A stretch of 49,979 nt of DNA, filler included, from Stramenopiles sp. TOSAG23-2 (Eukaryota), in assembly GCA_900128395.1 (NCBI GenBank). It is 2 parts of 2 records of this genome, joined end to end, with 100 filler letters (N's around TTAATTAATTAA, not from the genome) between each part and the next. Parts side by side here need not be neighbours in the genome. Positions count along the whole stretch, not along the records: positions 1 to 25,026 come from LT649458.1; 1 more part is not named here. One strand, written 5' to 3'. The translations under genes were made by a program, and so were the position numbers. Under the pieces are notes generated by a model. It was not told where the DNA came from. It did not search any database and was given only the letters and a program-made list of their open reading frames with translations. Positions 11,262-22,190 of this stretch are shown in pieces (position 1 is the stretch's first letter; each line of letters begins with the position of its first letter).

Positions 11262-12030
11262 ATTGTTGTTATTATTATTTACAATTTCGTTGTTGTTGGT
11301 TTTATTGTCCGTGGTTATTAGTTTGTTTTATAACTATAAATTTGAATTTTTTCTATATCTCTGTGTATGCCTGGTAGATTATATGGTCATTTACATGTAG
11401 ATTACTATGGATTAAGATGTTGGCCTTTGGCAACCTTTGGCCTTTTTGCATGCAACTAACGTGAACTCTTTTGGATGATATATGTGATAATGTGTCATAT
11501 TTTGTACTTAAATTACTAACACTACTGTTTTCGACTTCTATCACCTATCACCATAATATCAGCGGACACCCTATGTAATTTCTGTAGTCGTCTACTAATA
11601 GAACTAAGCTTATTTCCACAGAAGTGCTTTTCATATTTTCAGTACCAAATCCGGGGGAATTACAAAGTCTACAACAGGTACAAAAATGAATGAACAGCAA
11701 CAGCCTGGGACAGCAAGACAAAGTGCAAAGACGACGACAGCCAGACGACACAGCATAAATGCACTATTGGCGTACTATTACACTGTACGGATTATTATAA
11801 TAATAAGAATGATATTGTATGTGCTGTATACAGGTATAATAAAAATACAAAAAAAAAAGTATGGTGAATAATAATCCAAAACTAATATATATATACTAGT
11901 ATATAGTATTTTAAATAATAAATAATATATAAATTGAGATATTAATTAGAATGGAAAAAAGAGTTATTAGAAGTAGAATTAATAATCTCTATCATAAATA
12001 CGTACACACACATTGTATACATTTAGGAAG

Positions 12031-12678
12031 ATGGGAGGAAAACATGGTAAACCATTAGCGAAAAAAGTGTTAACGTCTTTAACACAGGAAACAAACTTTG
12101 ATGCAGGAACAGTTAAACGTCTACATATTGCATTTCATATTATTAGTTCTACTGTAAAGGATGATGGTGTGATTGATGCAGAAGAATTCCAAACAGCTAT
12201 TGGTTTTCATAGCGCTAAGTTTTGTCGTCGGATTTTCCAATTGTTTGATGGCGATGACGATCTACTGATTAATTTTGAAGAATTCGTCAAAGCCATGAAT
12301 ATATTAATGTTACCATCTGCATCGAACGATAAAGATGGGCTAGTTGAAGAAAAATTGAAGTTTTCGTTTCAAGTATATGATGAAGATAAAGATAACAAAA
12401 TATCAAAGGTGGAACTTTCAAATGCATTTTCGGATGTCATGGATACCAGAAATATCACAATTACAAAGGCGCAACTGGCAGCTGTTGTCAATGCGACGTT
12501 TAAGCAAGCAAGTACAGCAAATGCTGATTTCATCACATATGAAGAATACCGTAGTCTTATCAAAAGTAATCCAAATAGTTTGCAAAATTTTATAGCAGCT
12601 TATAGTGTCGATATTGATGCCGCTCTTCAAAATGCTGCAGCAATGCATAGAGCAGCAAAGCAAAAGAAAAAGAAATAG
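12031..12678 (+). CDS. Calcineurin B-like EF-hand calcium sensor
   Basis: First ATG at 12031 gives MGGKHGK (myristoylation-type start). EF-hands SSTVKDDGVIDAEEF, FDGDDDLLINFEEF and EKLKFSFQVYDEDKDNKISKVEL. Confidence 0.85.
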   Translation: MGGKHGKPLAKKVLTSLTQETNFDAGTVKRLHIAFHIISSTVKDDGVIDAEEFQTAIGFHSAKFCRRIFQLFDGDDDLLINFEEFVKAMNILMLPSASNDKDGLVEEKLKFSFQVYDEDKDNKISKVELSNAFSDVMDTRNITITKAQLAAVVNATFKQASTANADFITYEEYRSLIKSNPNSLQNFIAAYSVDIDAALQNAAAMHRAAKQKKKK

Positions 12679-13140
12679 AAATGTAAAGGTGCGACTTGTA
12701 AGCCTATATTTTTAATCTATATGTCTGTTACATACGTTTAAGAGCTATGAGAATGGTATAACTTTAAGCACAGACAGGATAAAAATATGAAGAAGTAAAA
12801 ACGTAATAGCTTTTTATTACTGATGTCTATTTTGGATATATTAATGATATATATATATATGATATATATATCATAACATGAAGTGTGTGAGAGAGAGGAG
12901 ATGATTGTATTTTTACGACTTTTCGTATCAGTATTGATATTAATTTCAGGAGTGTATTTATAATATGTTTTTAGCACATGTGTAAATTTTGATGTCTTCT
13001 AAAAAAAAATATGCAATATATATATATTATTTCATTTTAATAAAAATAGATGCGAGATGATGTTTAAAATCTGATTTAAGTTATGTACGTCCAGTGTTTA
13101 TATTATGATATATATATCATATCATATCTCAGGAGAGATT

Positions 13141-15126
13141 TTAATCCCATTTTCTAATCTGCATATATTTAATATCAACATCTTTCTCTTCATCTCCATC
13201 AGCATAAGTAACAAAAAATGTTTTGTCATCATTTACTCCTGTCACAACACCTTCGTAAAAACTTGAGTTTCTTACAGCTTGACCTTCTTCCCTAGAAAAT
13301 GTGACACGACATTCCATACCTTTCTCGACACGTGCACGATTTGCCTCTTTGACCCACGCCCATGGTTTCGCTGCCACTTTTGGTTTATTGTCTTTTGTCT
13401 TTTCTTTCACCATTTCCTTCATCATTTGCTGTGTTGCAGATTCGCCAAAGCCGCTGCCACCTTCAGATTGTGACGTTGCAATTGCATCATGTGGTACTGG
13501 ATTTTCGCATGGAAAATCGCTACATTCGCCTTTTAATTCAATTTTCCACTCTTCTGGCTTTCCTTCGACCACTTTGTAATGTGGATCGGGTACACCATAG
13601 TTATCTTTGCCATTTTTATTAAAATCAAATATTAATCTCCAATGGTTATCATTTGGATCTAATTTGGCATCTTCAAAATGTTTACGCTGGCCGTACCAAC
13701 ATCCATTATATGGGGTAAATGTTAAATCAGTCGATCGCTCTATGATCGGATCGGTACAACTAATCAAATGGAATGTACAGCCCGTGCAATCACGCGTACG
13801 GAGTTGACGGCATGCTATGGTAAACTCACAATTGGTACAGTCTCTAACAAATATACTACTTTCAACAGGACCAACCATGATCTTAGAATTTTTACATCGA
13901 TCAACTTGTACTTGGGATGCCCAACCACACATTGCCGCCTCGCAATCGTCTAAATCCAATATATCGAACGGTTCCCCATTAACTGATCCAGGTGCTTTAA
14001 TAAGTGCATTGGGGCCTTTTTGTCCTGTTTTCTTTTCAAAAGTAAACATTGTTTTCATTAAATATTTACGATACTTGGACCTATCAGTGAATTTCGTTCC
14101 ATCTGGTGCTACGTACCCACCACCTGCTGTTTGTATTTTTTCCAAAATCATATTTTCACCGCCAATAATCCATTTCTTTTGTAAATATTTCATTTCATCA
14201 CCATCTTCAAATTTTACGTGAACGGTGCCATCTTTATTGACTCCTTGCACAACACCATTGTATGGTTTTTGCCAATTAGGAAGCTTTGCTTTGATTGCTT
14301 TGCCTTTCTTTAAAACATTGTCATCGCCACTCGATGGCTGTGCCGTTGCATCGCCACCTGTTTCTTGCCCTGGCATAACAACTTTAGCAGTATCACCACC
14401 AATAATCCATTTTTTTTGTAAATATTTCATTACTTCACCATCTTCAAATCTAACATGAAATGTACCATCGGTGTTAATGCCTAATACTTCGCCATTATAT
14501 GCTTGTTTCCAATTGCCCAATTTTGCTTTAATAGTTGCTCCAACTTTAATTATCAATTGGTCAGAGGAAGCAGTTGTTGTTGTACTTGATGAGGGTGTTG
14601 TTTCCACTTTAGCAGTATCACCACCAATAATCCATTTTTTTTGTAAATATTTCATCACTTCACCATCTGAAAATTTAACATGAAATGTACCATCATCGTT
14701 GATACCTAGCACTTCACCACTATATGCTTGTTTCCAATTGCCAAGTTTAGCTTTGACTGTACCACCAACCTTAATTACTAATTGTCCCCCAACAGGTTGT
14801 GTTGCAGCTGACTTTGGTTTGGTTGTAGTCGTAGCCAAGGCTGTAGGCACTGATGCTTTTTCGACTAAAACGTTTACCAGTCTCAATACTTGTGGCATAG
14901 ATACAACATTCTCATTTATTACATCTGAATGCATTGACGTTAATTTCGTCAATATGGCACCCGCATTATCTGGATTTTCTTGAATTAATTCTGAAATGTC
15001 AACTTTTAAAGCTTTCTTTTCATCCCCATTACCAGTGTTGTATTCAATACCAAGCGTTGGTGGATTGAATTTCACTCCAACACGTGCAGCTTTGAATTTA
15101 TTTGTCAATTTTGAAAGTGCAAACAT
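13141..15126 (-). CDS. RP2/TBCC-domain protein with N-terminal CEP19-like domain and Tudor-like repeats
   Basis: C-CAP/cofactor-C beta-helix (VQVDRCKNSKIMVGPVESSIFVRDC..ACRQLRTRDC..TDPIIE). N-terminal RVGVKFNPPTLGIEY. Three repeats KAKL.NW...Y.G.V.G.N.DGT.HV.F.DG and a fourth Tudor-like unit at the C-terminus. Confidence 0.8.
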   Translation of the reverse strand: MFALSKLTNKFKAARVGVKFNPPTLGIEYNTGNGDEKKALKVDISELIQENPDNAGAILTKLTSMHSDVINENVVSMPQVLRLVNVLVEKASVPTALATTTTKPKSAATQPVGGQLVIKVGGTVKAKLGNWKQAYSGEVLGINDDGTFHVKFSDGEVMKYLQKKWIIGGDTAKVETTPSSSTTTTASSDQLIIKVGATIKAKLGNWKQAYNGEVLGINTDGTFHVRFEDGEVMKYLQKKWIIGGDTAKVVMPGQETGGDATAQPSSGDDNVLKKGKAIKAKLPNWQKPYNGVVQGVNKDGTVHVKFEDGDEMKYLQKKWIIGGENMILEKIQTAGGGYVAPDGTKFTDRSKYRKYLMKTMFTFEKKTGQKGPNALIKAPGSVNGEPFDILDLDDCEAAMCGWASQVQVDRCKNSKIMVGPVESSIFVRDCTNCEFTIACRQLRTRDCTGCTFHLISCTDPIIERSTDLTFTPYNGCWYGQRKHFEDAKLDPNDNHWRLIFDFNKNGKDNYGVPDPHYKVVEGKPEEWKIELKGECSDFPCENPVPHDAIATSQSEGGSGFGESATQQMMKEMVKEKTKDNKPKVAAKPWAWVKEANRARVEKGMECRVTFSREEGQAVRNSSFYEGVVTGVNDDKTFFVTYADGDEEKDVDIKYMQIRKWD

Positions 15127-15828
15127 TGTTGAGTTAATATAATAGGTTCCCCGGCTATGTACTACAAAATTGTTGCTGTATGTATGTATATCTATATATA
15201 TATATATATAACACTTTGCTCGTTGTACGTTGAATGTAGTTTGTATGCGTGTATATATATATATATTAATATGGTATGATCTCTCTATCTCTTTATTTCA
15301 ATGTATATAGCTATTGTATATATATATATTCTACCTGGTCAGCTCGCTGGTAGCACGGTACACCACAGTATCTATTATTTTTTTTTCAGGCCCAAAAATA
15401 TAACGACGACGAGAATTAGAATTATCTCTGGTTCTAGTTCGGAAGATTTAGATCGTTAAATCCAGGTTAAGGTGCGAAGTCAGGCTAAATTAAAATGTGC
15501 CCGGCCCCACCATCATCAACAGCACAGAAGCCACACTGGTCCAAATCTACGTTTTCCAAAACCTAGCATCACATCAGTTGTTGCCCGAGCCAGCTGGGCC
15601 AGCCGAGGTTAATAGCCACCACCACAAAAAAATATAAATAATAGATATAGATCTAAATACATATTATAGAGATGTAGATATATACAGCTATACACATATG
15701 AGTACAATCAATACCACCATTTCAAAGACAATCAGCAATATATCTATCAACATTGAAGAAAACACACACACAAATATAGACACACATATATACATAAGTA
15801 AAGTAAAATAAATAAGAATTCATATACC

Positions 15829-17433
15829 ATGTCCGAACCAATTATTAAAGGTATACAATGGCCAGAAATTACTAATAAAAAAACGAAAAAGTTATCACGT
15901 TCTTCCACAGGTACTGCTACCAAAATTTTAAGTGCTGCTTATAGTGCTGCTAATAAACATGCAGAAGCATCTAAATTGCAAAACGTTGGAGGTGGTAAAT
16001 GGCGTTTTGGCTATCAAAAATTCTTCATACAAGTTACCGAAATGATTGCAAATTCTAATGAAAAGGAAACGCTTGCAATTGCAGAAGCAGTTTTAAATGA
16101 AGCGAAGAATAACTTTGAATTCTATAGAAATGGTATGGGTGTGAATTTAAATACAATTGATGCAGTTGCAACAAATGATTTTTCAACTGGTATGATTACA
16201 GGCATGAACAATGATCAACCAAGATCATCCGTTGAAGTGCCATACAATAAACAAACATATAATGCAAAGGATGGTTCAATACAGAAATTGTTGGATACAT
16301 TTGTACAATATGGCGATATGGAACAAAGTGCATCAGATGCTATCAACAGCTTATTGAACAGTAAAAATACAAAACAATATGAAGATTTATCCGATTTACA
16401 TATTTGTTTAATCGGAGCTACTAGTGAAATGGGTCCTATGGAGTTTTTATTGGACCATGGTGCAACTGTAATTGCACTTGCAAGACCTGGTGAGAAAAAA
16501 TGGAAAAAATTAATTGCACGTGCAAAACGTAGTCGTGGTCGTTTGATTTTCCCAACAATTAAAAATAATGGGGATGAGGACAGCCTTGCAAAAGCTGCTG
16601 GTGCTGATGCATTGGCACAAACACCTGAAATTGGCAATTGGTTGGGATCATTGTTTCCTGGTAAAAAAATCTTTATATATTCATTGATATATTTAGATGG
16701 AGAAAAATATGTCCGTGCAAGTATGGCAATGGATGTAATTGTTGATATGGCCACAAGTATTCGTGGGGCTGATAAGGTTGGATTATTGTATATCGCTACT
16801 CCAAGCGCTGCACATGTTGTTGATGCAAAATGTGAGAGACGAGCTAAGTTATTTTATAAAAATGTTCCATTTTGGCAAAAAATATTTGAAATGGTTGGTT
16901 TATTAAAACGGCAAAAATTTTTAACCTTACAATCGCATACAGATCACCGTGTAGTGGATTGCTTAGCATCCATGCAAGGTCCTAATTACGCACTGGCCAA
17001 ATTTTTACAAACATGTCGAGTATTAATTGCACGAATTAAATATGGTCAATTTGTTTCCGTAAATGTTGCGCCACCAGCATTGACGGCATCGGTAATGCAT
17101 GCACCAAAAATTGCAGCCGCAGCACCATATATCCCATTGTTTAAACCAAATGTAATGTACTATCCAGATACAGCAAGTAGCATCCTTTCATTGTTATTAT
17201 TAGCTGATATTCGCAATAAAAAATCGAATAGTTATGCATCTACTAAATTAGCACATCCGCTATTGTTGATTGCTGATCAAGCATGGCATGGTGGATGTTT
17301 TAATGCTCCATATAGTAGCGAAAGCACTGGTGTTGCATCGTATATATCTTATTTGCTTTATAAAACTATGCCATGGATGGTTGTAATTCTTGTTGCGGTC
17401 ATGTTGTATTTTACTTCGGGTAGATTTTTTTGA
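15829..17433 (+). CDS. Uncharacterised protein, possibly a divergent Rossmann/SDR-like oxidoreductase with C-terminal TM anchor
   Basis: 534 aa. Motifs LIGATSEMGP, YLDGEKYVR, QGPNYALAK, VSVNVAP and WHGG; hydrophobic C-terminus. Confidence 0.55.
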   Translation: MSEPIIKGIQWPEITNKKTKKLSRSSTGTATKILSAAYSAANKHAEASKLQNVGGGKWRFGYQKFFIQVTEMIANSNEKETLAIAEAVLNEAKNNFEFYRNGMGVNLNTIDAVATNDFSTGMITGMNNDQPRSSVEVPYNKQTYNAKDGSIQKLLDTFVQYGDMEQSASDAINSLLNSKNTKQYEDLSDLHICLIGATSEMGPMEFLLDHGATVIALARPGEKKWKKLIARAKRSRGRLIFPTIKNNGDEDSLAKAAGADALAQTPEIGNWLGSLFPGKKIFIYSLIYLDGEKYVRASMAMDVIVDMATSIRGADKVGLLYIATPSAAHVVDAKCERRAKLFYKNVPFWQKIFEMVGLLKRQKFLTLQSHTDHRVVDCLASMQGPNYALAKFLQTCRVLIARIKYGQFVSVNVAPPALTASVMHAPKIAAAAPYIPLFKPNVMYYPDTASSILSLLLLADIRNKKSNSYASTKLAHPLLLIADQAWHGGCFNAPYSSESTGVASYISYLLYKTMPWMVVILVAVMLYFTSGRFF

Positions 17434-17480
17434 AAGAGTGAAATATCACACATATGTCATACGATAAAGTATTTTAAAAA

Positions 17481-17832
17481 GATAGAGTATTGAGCATAAT
17501 ATTTATCGCACGTGGAAGTTGATTAGGTGATTAAAACCGCGGCTTTTTGCCACAACCGTGCACTTCGAGATCTTTCTCCGACTAGTTACCGGTTGTTGTT
17601 CGCAGCAGGATCTTTCACTTTGATAGCCTCGCCGCTTTCGAGTGAACCCGACGAAGGATAGAAACCTACTCATGCTTGTAGAGTATTAGTTTGCAGACGT
17701 TCATTAGAGCTTTACTATAGTAGAGGATTGAATATTATTCCTGTGAGATAGAGTATTTTGAGCATAGTAATTTACCATGTGGGAAAGTAAAATTATTTTA
17801 ACTTATAGATCTTACGCGTAGATTTTTAAGCA
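17481..17832 (+). repeat. Longest copy of the convergent-spacer dispersed repeat, with an extra GC-richer 5' part
   Basis: 17653-17810 matches the reverse complement of 21770-21940. 17481-17519 duplicates 17747-17788. Confidence 0.85.
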
Positions 17833-18073
17833 TTCCATAATACGAGTACACGAGAGTATATATATTTTTATTTCTCTTACTCAATAAATATATATTATAT
17901 ATATATATATATATTATATTAGTTTTTAATAATATCATATATACGTACATCATACGTATCATACTTCGTACGAACGTATATTTTTTATATTTTTTATTAT
18001 ACCGGGCGACATCATCACACAAGAACAGGCTTTATGCCAAGGCTAGGAAAGAAAATTACAACAACGGAAAACT

Positions 18074-19411
18074 TCATTTTCCACTTTTCTTCTCTTCATC
18101 AAATTCTGAAAATAATTTAGTAATAAATGGATGGTTCATCGCATCTTTTGGTGATATACGACATTTTGGATCCAAATGTAACATTGAACATAATAAGTCC
18201 ATTGCATATGGATCATTTGATAATCCAAGTTCTGGATATTTCTTCAAAACGGATGGTAAATTAGATACTACATCGATTTGCCTTGCTATAATCTTTTCTG
18301 GTGTACGCCCATTGACTGCAAATAAACCTTTTAAAAATACATTGCCATTATCTACTTTGGATTTATAACTAAACCATAAAGGGAAACCAGAGCATATTTC
18401 TAAAAATATACACCCAACTGACCACATATCTACTGCATGTGGGGCACTATCATCACGTAATGTTTTTTTAACAGTCTCAGAGCTATGGCCTACTTTACGT
18501 GCACATTGTAAACTCAATGCTTCTGGTGGCAAATACTCTGGAGTTGCACTGTTTACTTTTTCCACATTGTCAAAATCATATGCAGACCCAAAATCAATTA
18601 CTTTTAAACTATGAAAATTATCTTCCCCACGCATGTAATTGACTAATACATTATCTGGTTTTAAATCAGAATGCACCGTATTGCTATCACTGATAAGCTC
18701 TAATGCTTCAAATAGTTTCAATAAAAATTTACGCAATACATTTGTATCTTGCTTCATAGCTTTCCAAAAACTGCGGCGTCTACATGTATAAATACGTGTA
18801 CCTTTATGAAAACTACCTTTCAGCTCCCATAATAATTCCGTTAATGGTATACCGCATTTTTCAAAGACCAACCATAAATCAGTTGATGTATCAATTGTGG
18901 TAATCAATTTAGCGATGGAACGTATACCTGGATATATTGATGGATTTACTTTCCATAACCATGCATTATTACTATCGTCATCTTCATCCTCTGGTGGATC
19001 CATTGCTTCACATATACCTAACATTGTACGTAAGGAACCACCTTCATCAAACCACATCCTACCAAACCATTGTTCGTTCAACCCAGTCTCCACATTACGC
19101 TTTGCTTCACTAGTTGGCCCTTTTACTAATTGTTTCACTGCAAATGAACGTCCACTGTTTTTCATTTTACAATCCCATACGGTACCAAAACCTCCTTCTC
19201 CAAGTTTTGTCGTCTTTTCAAAACCTGGTGGGTTTCTTTTTTCAACAGAGTTATTACTTTTTTTCTTTCTCCCCCCACTGACTCTCTTATTATTATTACT
19301 ATTGATTTTACCATGTGATGATGGTCTACTTGTAGATAATTTACGACTACCAAATGTTGATTTAGTAGTATTTTTTCTACGTCTTGATACGGAACTTCCA
19401 AATGATGACAT
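18074..19411 (-). CDS. Ser/Thr protein kinase (CMGC/DYRK-like)
   Basis: LGEGGFGTV, FAVKQ, HSDLKPDN, IDFGSA, TPEYLPPE, DMWSVGC. Confidence 0.9.
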   Translation of the reverse strand: MSSFGSSVSRRRKNTTKSTFGSRKLSTSRPSSHGKINSNNNKRVSGGRKKKSNNSVEKRNPPGFEKTTKLGEGGFGTVWDCKMKNSGRSFAVKQLVKGPTSEAKRNVETGLNEQWFGRMWFDEGGSLRTMLGICEAMDPPEDEDDDSNNAWLWKVNPSIYPGIRSIAKLITTIDTSTDLWLVFEKCGIPLTELLWELKGSFHKGTRIYTCRRRSFWKAMKQDTNVLRKFLLKLFEALELISDSNTVHSDLKPDNVLVNYMRGEDNFHSLKVIDFGSAYDFDNVEKVNSATPEYLPPEALSLQCARKVGHSSETVKKTLRDDSAPHAVDMWSVGCIFLEICSGFPLWFSYKSKVDNGNVFLKGLFAVNGRTPEKIIARQIDVVSNLPSVLKKYPELGLSNDPYAMDLLCSMLHLDPKCRISPKDAMNHPFITKLFSEFDEEKKSGK

Positions 19412-19413
19412 AT

Positions 19414-19638
19414 TTATTCAAAATCTTCGCGGTTTACTTGTAAGGTATCAAAATAATCCCTAACTTGTGTCTTTATATAATTGACTTTATCGCGTTTAAC
19501 TAATAATTGTTCTGAGTTTTCCTTTTTATATGATAATATAAATTTCTGTTCAGCTGGTTGCTGATCGTTTAAATGGAGTATATATGAGCGTACGTCTGGT
19601 TTACAAGTTAATAATGCAGCTTCTACTCTTTTTACCAT
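19414..19638 (-). CDS. TFB5: TFIIH subunit TFB5/GTF2H5 (TTDA)
   Basis: 74 aa. MVKRVEAALLTCKPDVRSYILHLND....KFIL matches the size and pattern of TFB5 (MV...KGVLI.CDP..KQ.LL.L......FII). Confidence 0.75.
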   Translation of the reverse strand: MVKRVEAALLTCKPDVRSYILHLNDQQPAEQKFILSYKKENSEQLLVKRDKVNYIKTQVRDYFDTLQVNREDFE

Positions 19639-20470
19639 ATGTGTTGTATAGTATATGTATTAAAAAAAATTGATAACTAAAACAAAAAAATAATAAAAAT
19701 GTATATAATTTCGTATAAATACTTCAAAGGAGGAGAATGGATATAATATAATATATGTATATATATATATATATCGTATTTCACAATAAAATAGATAAAA
19801 CCGAAGATGAACGAAGCTATACTTATCTTTGATTATCTATCTTTCTTTCTTTCTATGTATGTATCATGTATATATCATGTATGAATCTCGTGTATTTCTG
19901 TTATACAGTAGTATTCAATCTATATGTCACATATATATCAGTATTCATTTTACCAGCTGGGCCAGCTAACCAGCTAACCGCTAACGTCTATTATAGAACT
20001 GTACCAGGTAGTCTAGCTAGAGCGCTAGCTGGCCCGCTGGGCTAGAGCTAGCTAGAGCTAGCCCTGGGCTAGCCCAGCTAGCTCCTCATAGAGGTAATTT
20101 GCTTATAATAGCAGGTACAAGTACTGTAAATAGTCTATTATAACACTTTACACAGTATACGCATCCTTAGACATCCAATGATCCAATGATCTAAATGGAC
20201 TAATAAGTTGCCAAGATAGAGCAAGATGAAGACAGCAGAGAGGAGCGATGATCTCTCAATTTTATTGTGTGTTACTGCTATTATACTACACGCACCTGAC
20301 ATCACAATGCTATGTAATGCTAATAATCATCAGTGCATAATAATAATAAATAATTCTAAGCACCTAATAATAATTAAAAATGAATAAATAGCTATCCAAC
20401 TAAGAAAGATAATGATTACTAACTATACAACTGTAGCTACGATACCAGGCAGAGAAAAGTATATAGACAT

Positions 20471-20513
<43 letters not shown>

Positions 20514-20530
20514 TATAATAAAAATATAAC

Positions 20531-21607
20531 ATGGTGTTGATTCCACTTCTAATTGTTGCTGCTGTCATAGCTCTTTCGATATGGTTATTAGGGAAAAGCC
20601 TTATTGTTGTACATGTAGCGGAAGGTGTTGTGATTGAACGAGTTGGGAAATTTCGCCGTCTATTATCACCTGGTTTGAACTGTATTGTACCTTTCCTAGA
20701 TAGTCCAAGGATTTTTTTTTGGAGAAAAACATTTATTGATAGGAACAAGCGTGTGCGTGAGGAGAAAATAGAAAATTACCGCGTAGATTGCAGAGAATCT
20801 ATGTTCAATTTTCTGGAACAGCAAGTATATACACGTGATACGATTCAAGTACGTGTTAATGCTTTAATGTATTATAAAATAGTACATGTGAAAAAAGCTA
20901 TTTATGGTGTAGATGATTTGCACTCTGCTGTTGGTAATGTAGCACAATCGGAGATGAAAATGATCTTTGGTTCCATGACTTTCACAGAAGCATTGTCAGC
21001 ACAGGATAAGATCAATGAATTGCTTATTCCAAAATTTAACCAAGAATTCGAAGCATGGGGTGTATATTGTACACGCGTAGAAGTATTGGATTTTATGCCT
21101 TCCCAAAGTGTGGTGAGACAGTTAAAATTACAAATGCTTGCAGAACGTAACAGGCGTGCTGCATTTATTGTTGCGGAAGGTCAAAAAAGTGCTATGAGAA
21201 AAGAATCAGAAGGTATTCGCGTGGAAAAATACCAAATGGGAGTTGCAGAGCAAGAAGCAACACGACGTTTGTCAGAAGGTGAAGCTGAGGCAAAGGTTAA
21301 TTTAGCACAAGCTGAAAGTCGTGCATTACATGTTGTACAAGAAGCTATTAGTAAAGATGGTGCTTCGCAATCTAAATATTTAATAACTGGTAAATATTTA
21401 GATTTAATGGATACAGTCATCGGGAAAAATGTTGGCCAAGTCGATAAGACCATTTATTTACCATTTGCTGTTGAGCCTATTATGGGTTTTGTTGGTACAT
21501 TACCAAAGGTATATGGACGTAATTGTATTAAGAATGGTGGTAACAATAGGAGAAATGTACCAAGAGGAAGAAGAGAAGAAAAATTAAATGATGATGATTT
21601 GAATTAA
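20531..21607 (+). CDS. SPFH/band-7 (stomatin-like) protein
   Basis: N-terminal TM, VVIERVGKFRRLLSPGLN, QQVYTRD, WGV..TRVE, QMLAERNRRA...AEG. Confidence 0.9.
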   Translation: MVLIPLLIVAAVIALSIWLLGKSLIVVHVAEGVVIERVGKFRRLLSPGLNCIVPFLDSPRIFFWRKTFIDRNKRVREEKIENYRVDCRESMFNFLEQQVYTRDTIQVRVNALMYYKIVHVKKAIYGVDDLHSAVGNVAQSEMKMIFGSMTFTEALSAQDKINELLIPKFNQEFEAWGVYCTRVEVLDFMPSQSVVRQLKLQMLAERNRRAAFIVAEGQKSAMRKESEGIRVEKYQMGVAEQEATRRLSEGEAEAKVNLAQAESRALHVVQEAISKDGASQSKYLITGKYLDLMDTVIGKNVGQVDKTIYLPFAVEPIMGFVGTLPKVYGRNCIKNGGNNRRNVPRGRREEKLNDDDLN

Positions 21608-21769
21608 AGAAAAAGATAATTCGTACATTCGTATATTTATGTTACAAACGACAATTACGTTTGGTGTGAGAGAGTGTTGGAAAAATTCTTTTTTTGTGTG
21701 TTGTTTCCAAACATTTTGTTTTTTTATAAAAAAAATTAAAAAGTGATTTTAATATATTAAATTAAATGA

Positions 21770-21940
21770 TGGTTAAAATCTAAGTTCATAATAATTTTAC
21801 ACTTCTCGTGTTTAAGTAATATGCTCAATACTCAATCGCAAGAATAATATGCTATCCTACTATAGTAAAGCTCTAATGCACCTCTGCAAACTAATATGAT
21901 ATGGTCATACTCTACAAGCACAAGTAGGTTTCTATCCTTC
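21770..21940 (-). repeat. Convergent-spacer dispersed repeat copy
   Basis: The reverse complement reads GAAGGATAGAAACCTACTTGTGCTTGTAGAGTAT...GTTTGCAGAGGTGCATTAGAGCTTTACTATAGTAGG...GATTTTAACCA. Confidence 0.9.
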
Positions 21941-22190
21941 CAACATGTTCGAACGTTGAACGCGTTGGACATATTAAATTAATATAACTCTAGACTTGTT
22001 TTAAATAATGAGTTCATATTTTTTTAAAATACAAATGATGTGCGCCGTGCTTTTTTTAAAATATATAATTTTGGTATATTTTTAAAAAACTTCTCTCTTC
22101 TCTCTGTACACCATGTAGAAACTCTTTTTCCTATATCCTCTCATTCACTTTATCATTTTTAAAATTATATTTATATATAACTTAATCATT

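Noticed and set aside
11405-11760. Possible snRNA/snoRNA (GGCCTTTTT reminiscent of U2) in a divergent spacer
   Set aside because: Lacks the U2 branch-recognition sequence GTAGTA in context and other snRNA hallmarks. An Rfam scan would be needed.
20245-20300. Possible box C/D snoRNA (GATGA...CTGA)
   Set aside because: Imperfect C box, short length, no terminal stem and no rRNA-complementary guide that I can identify.
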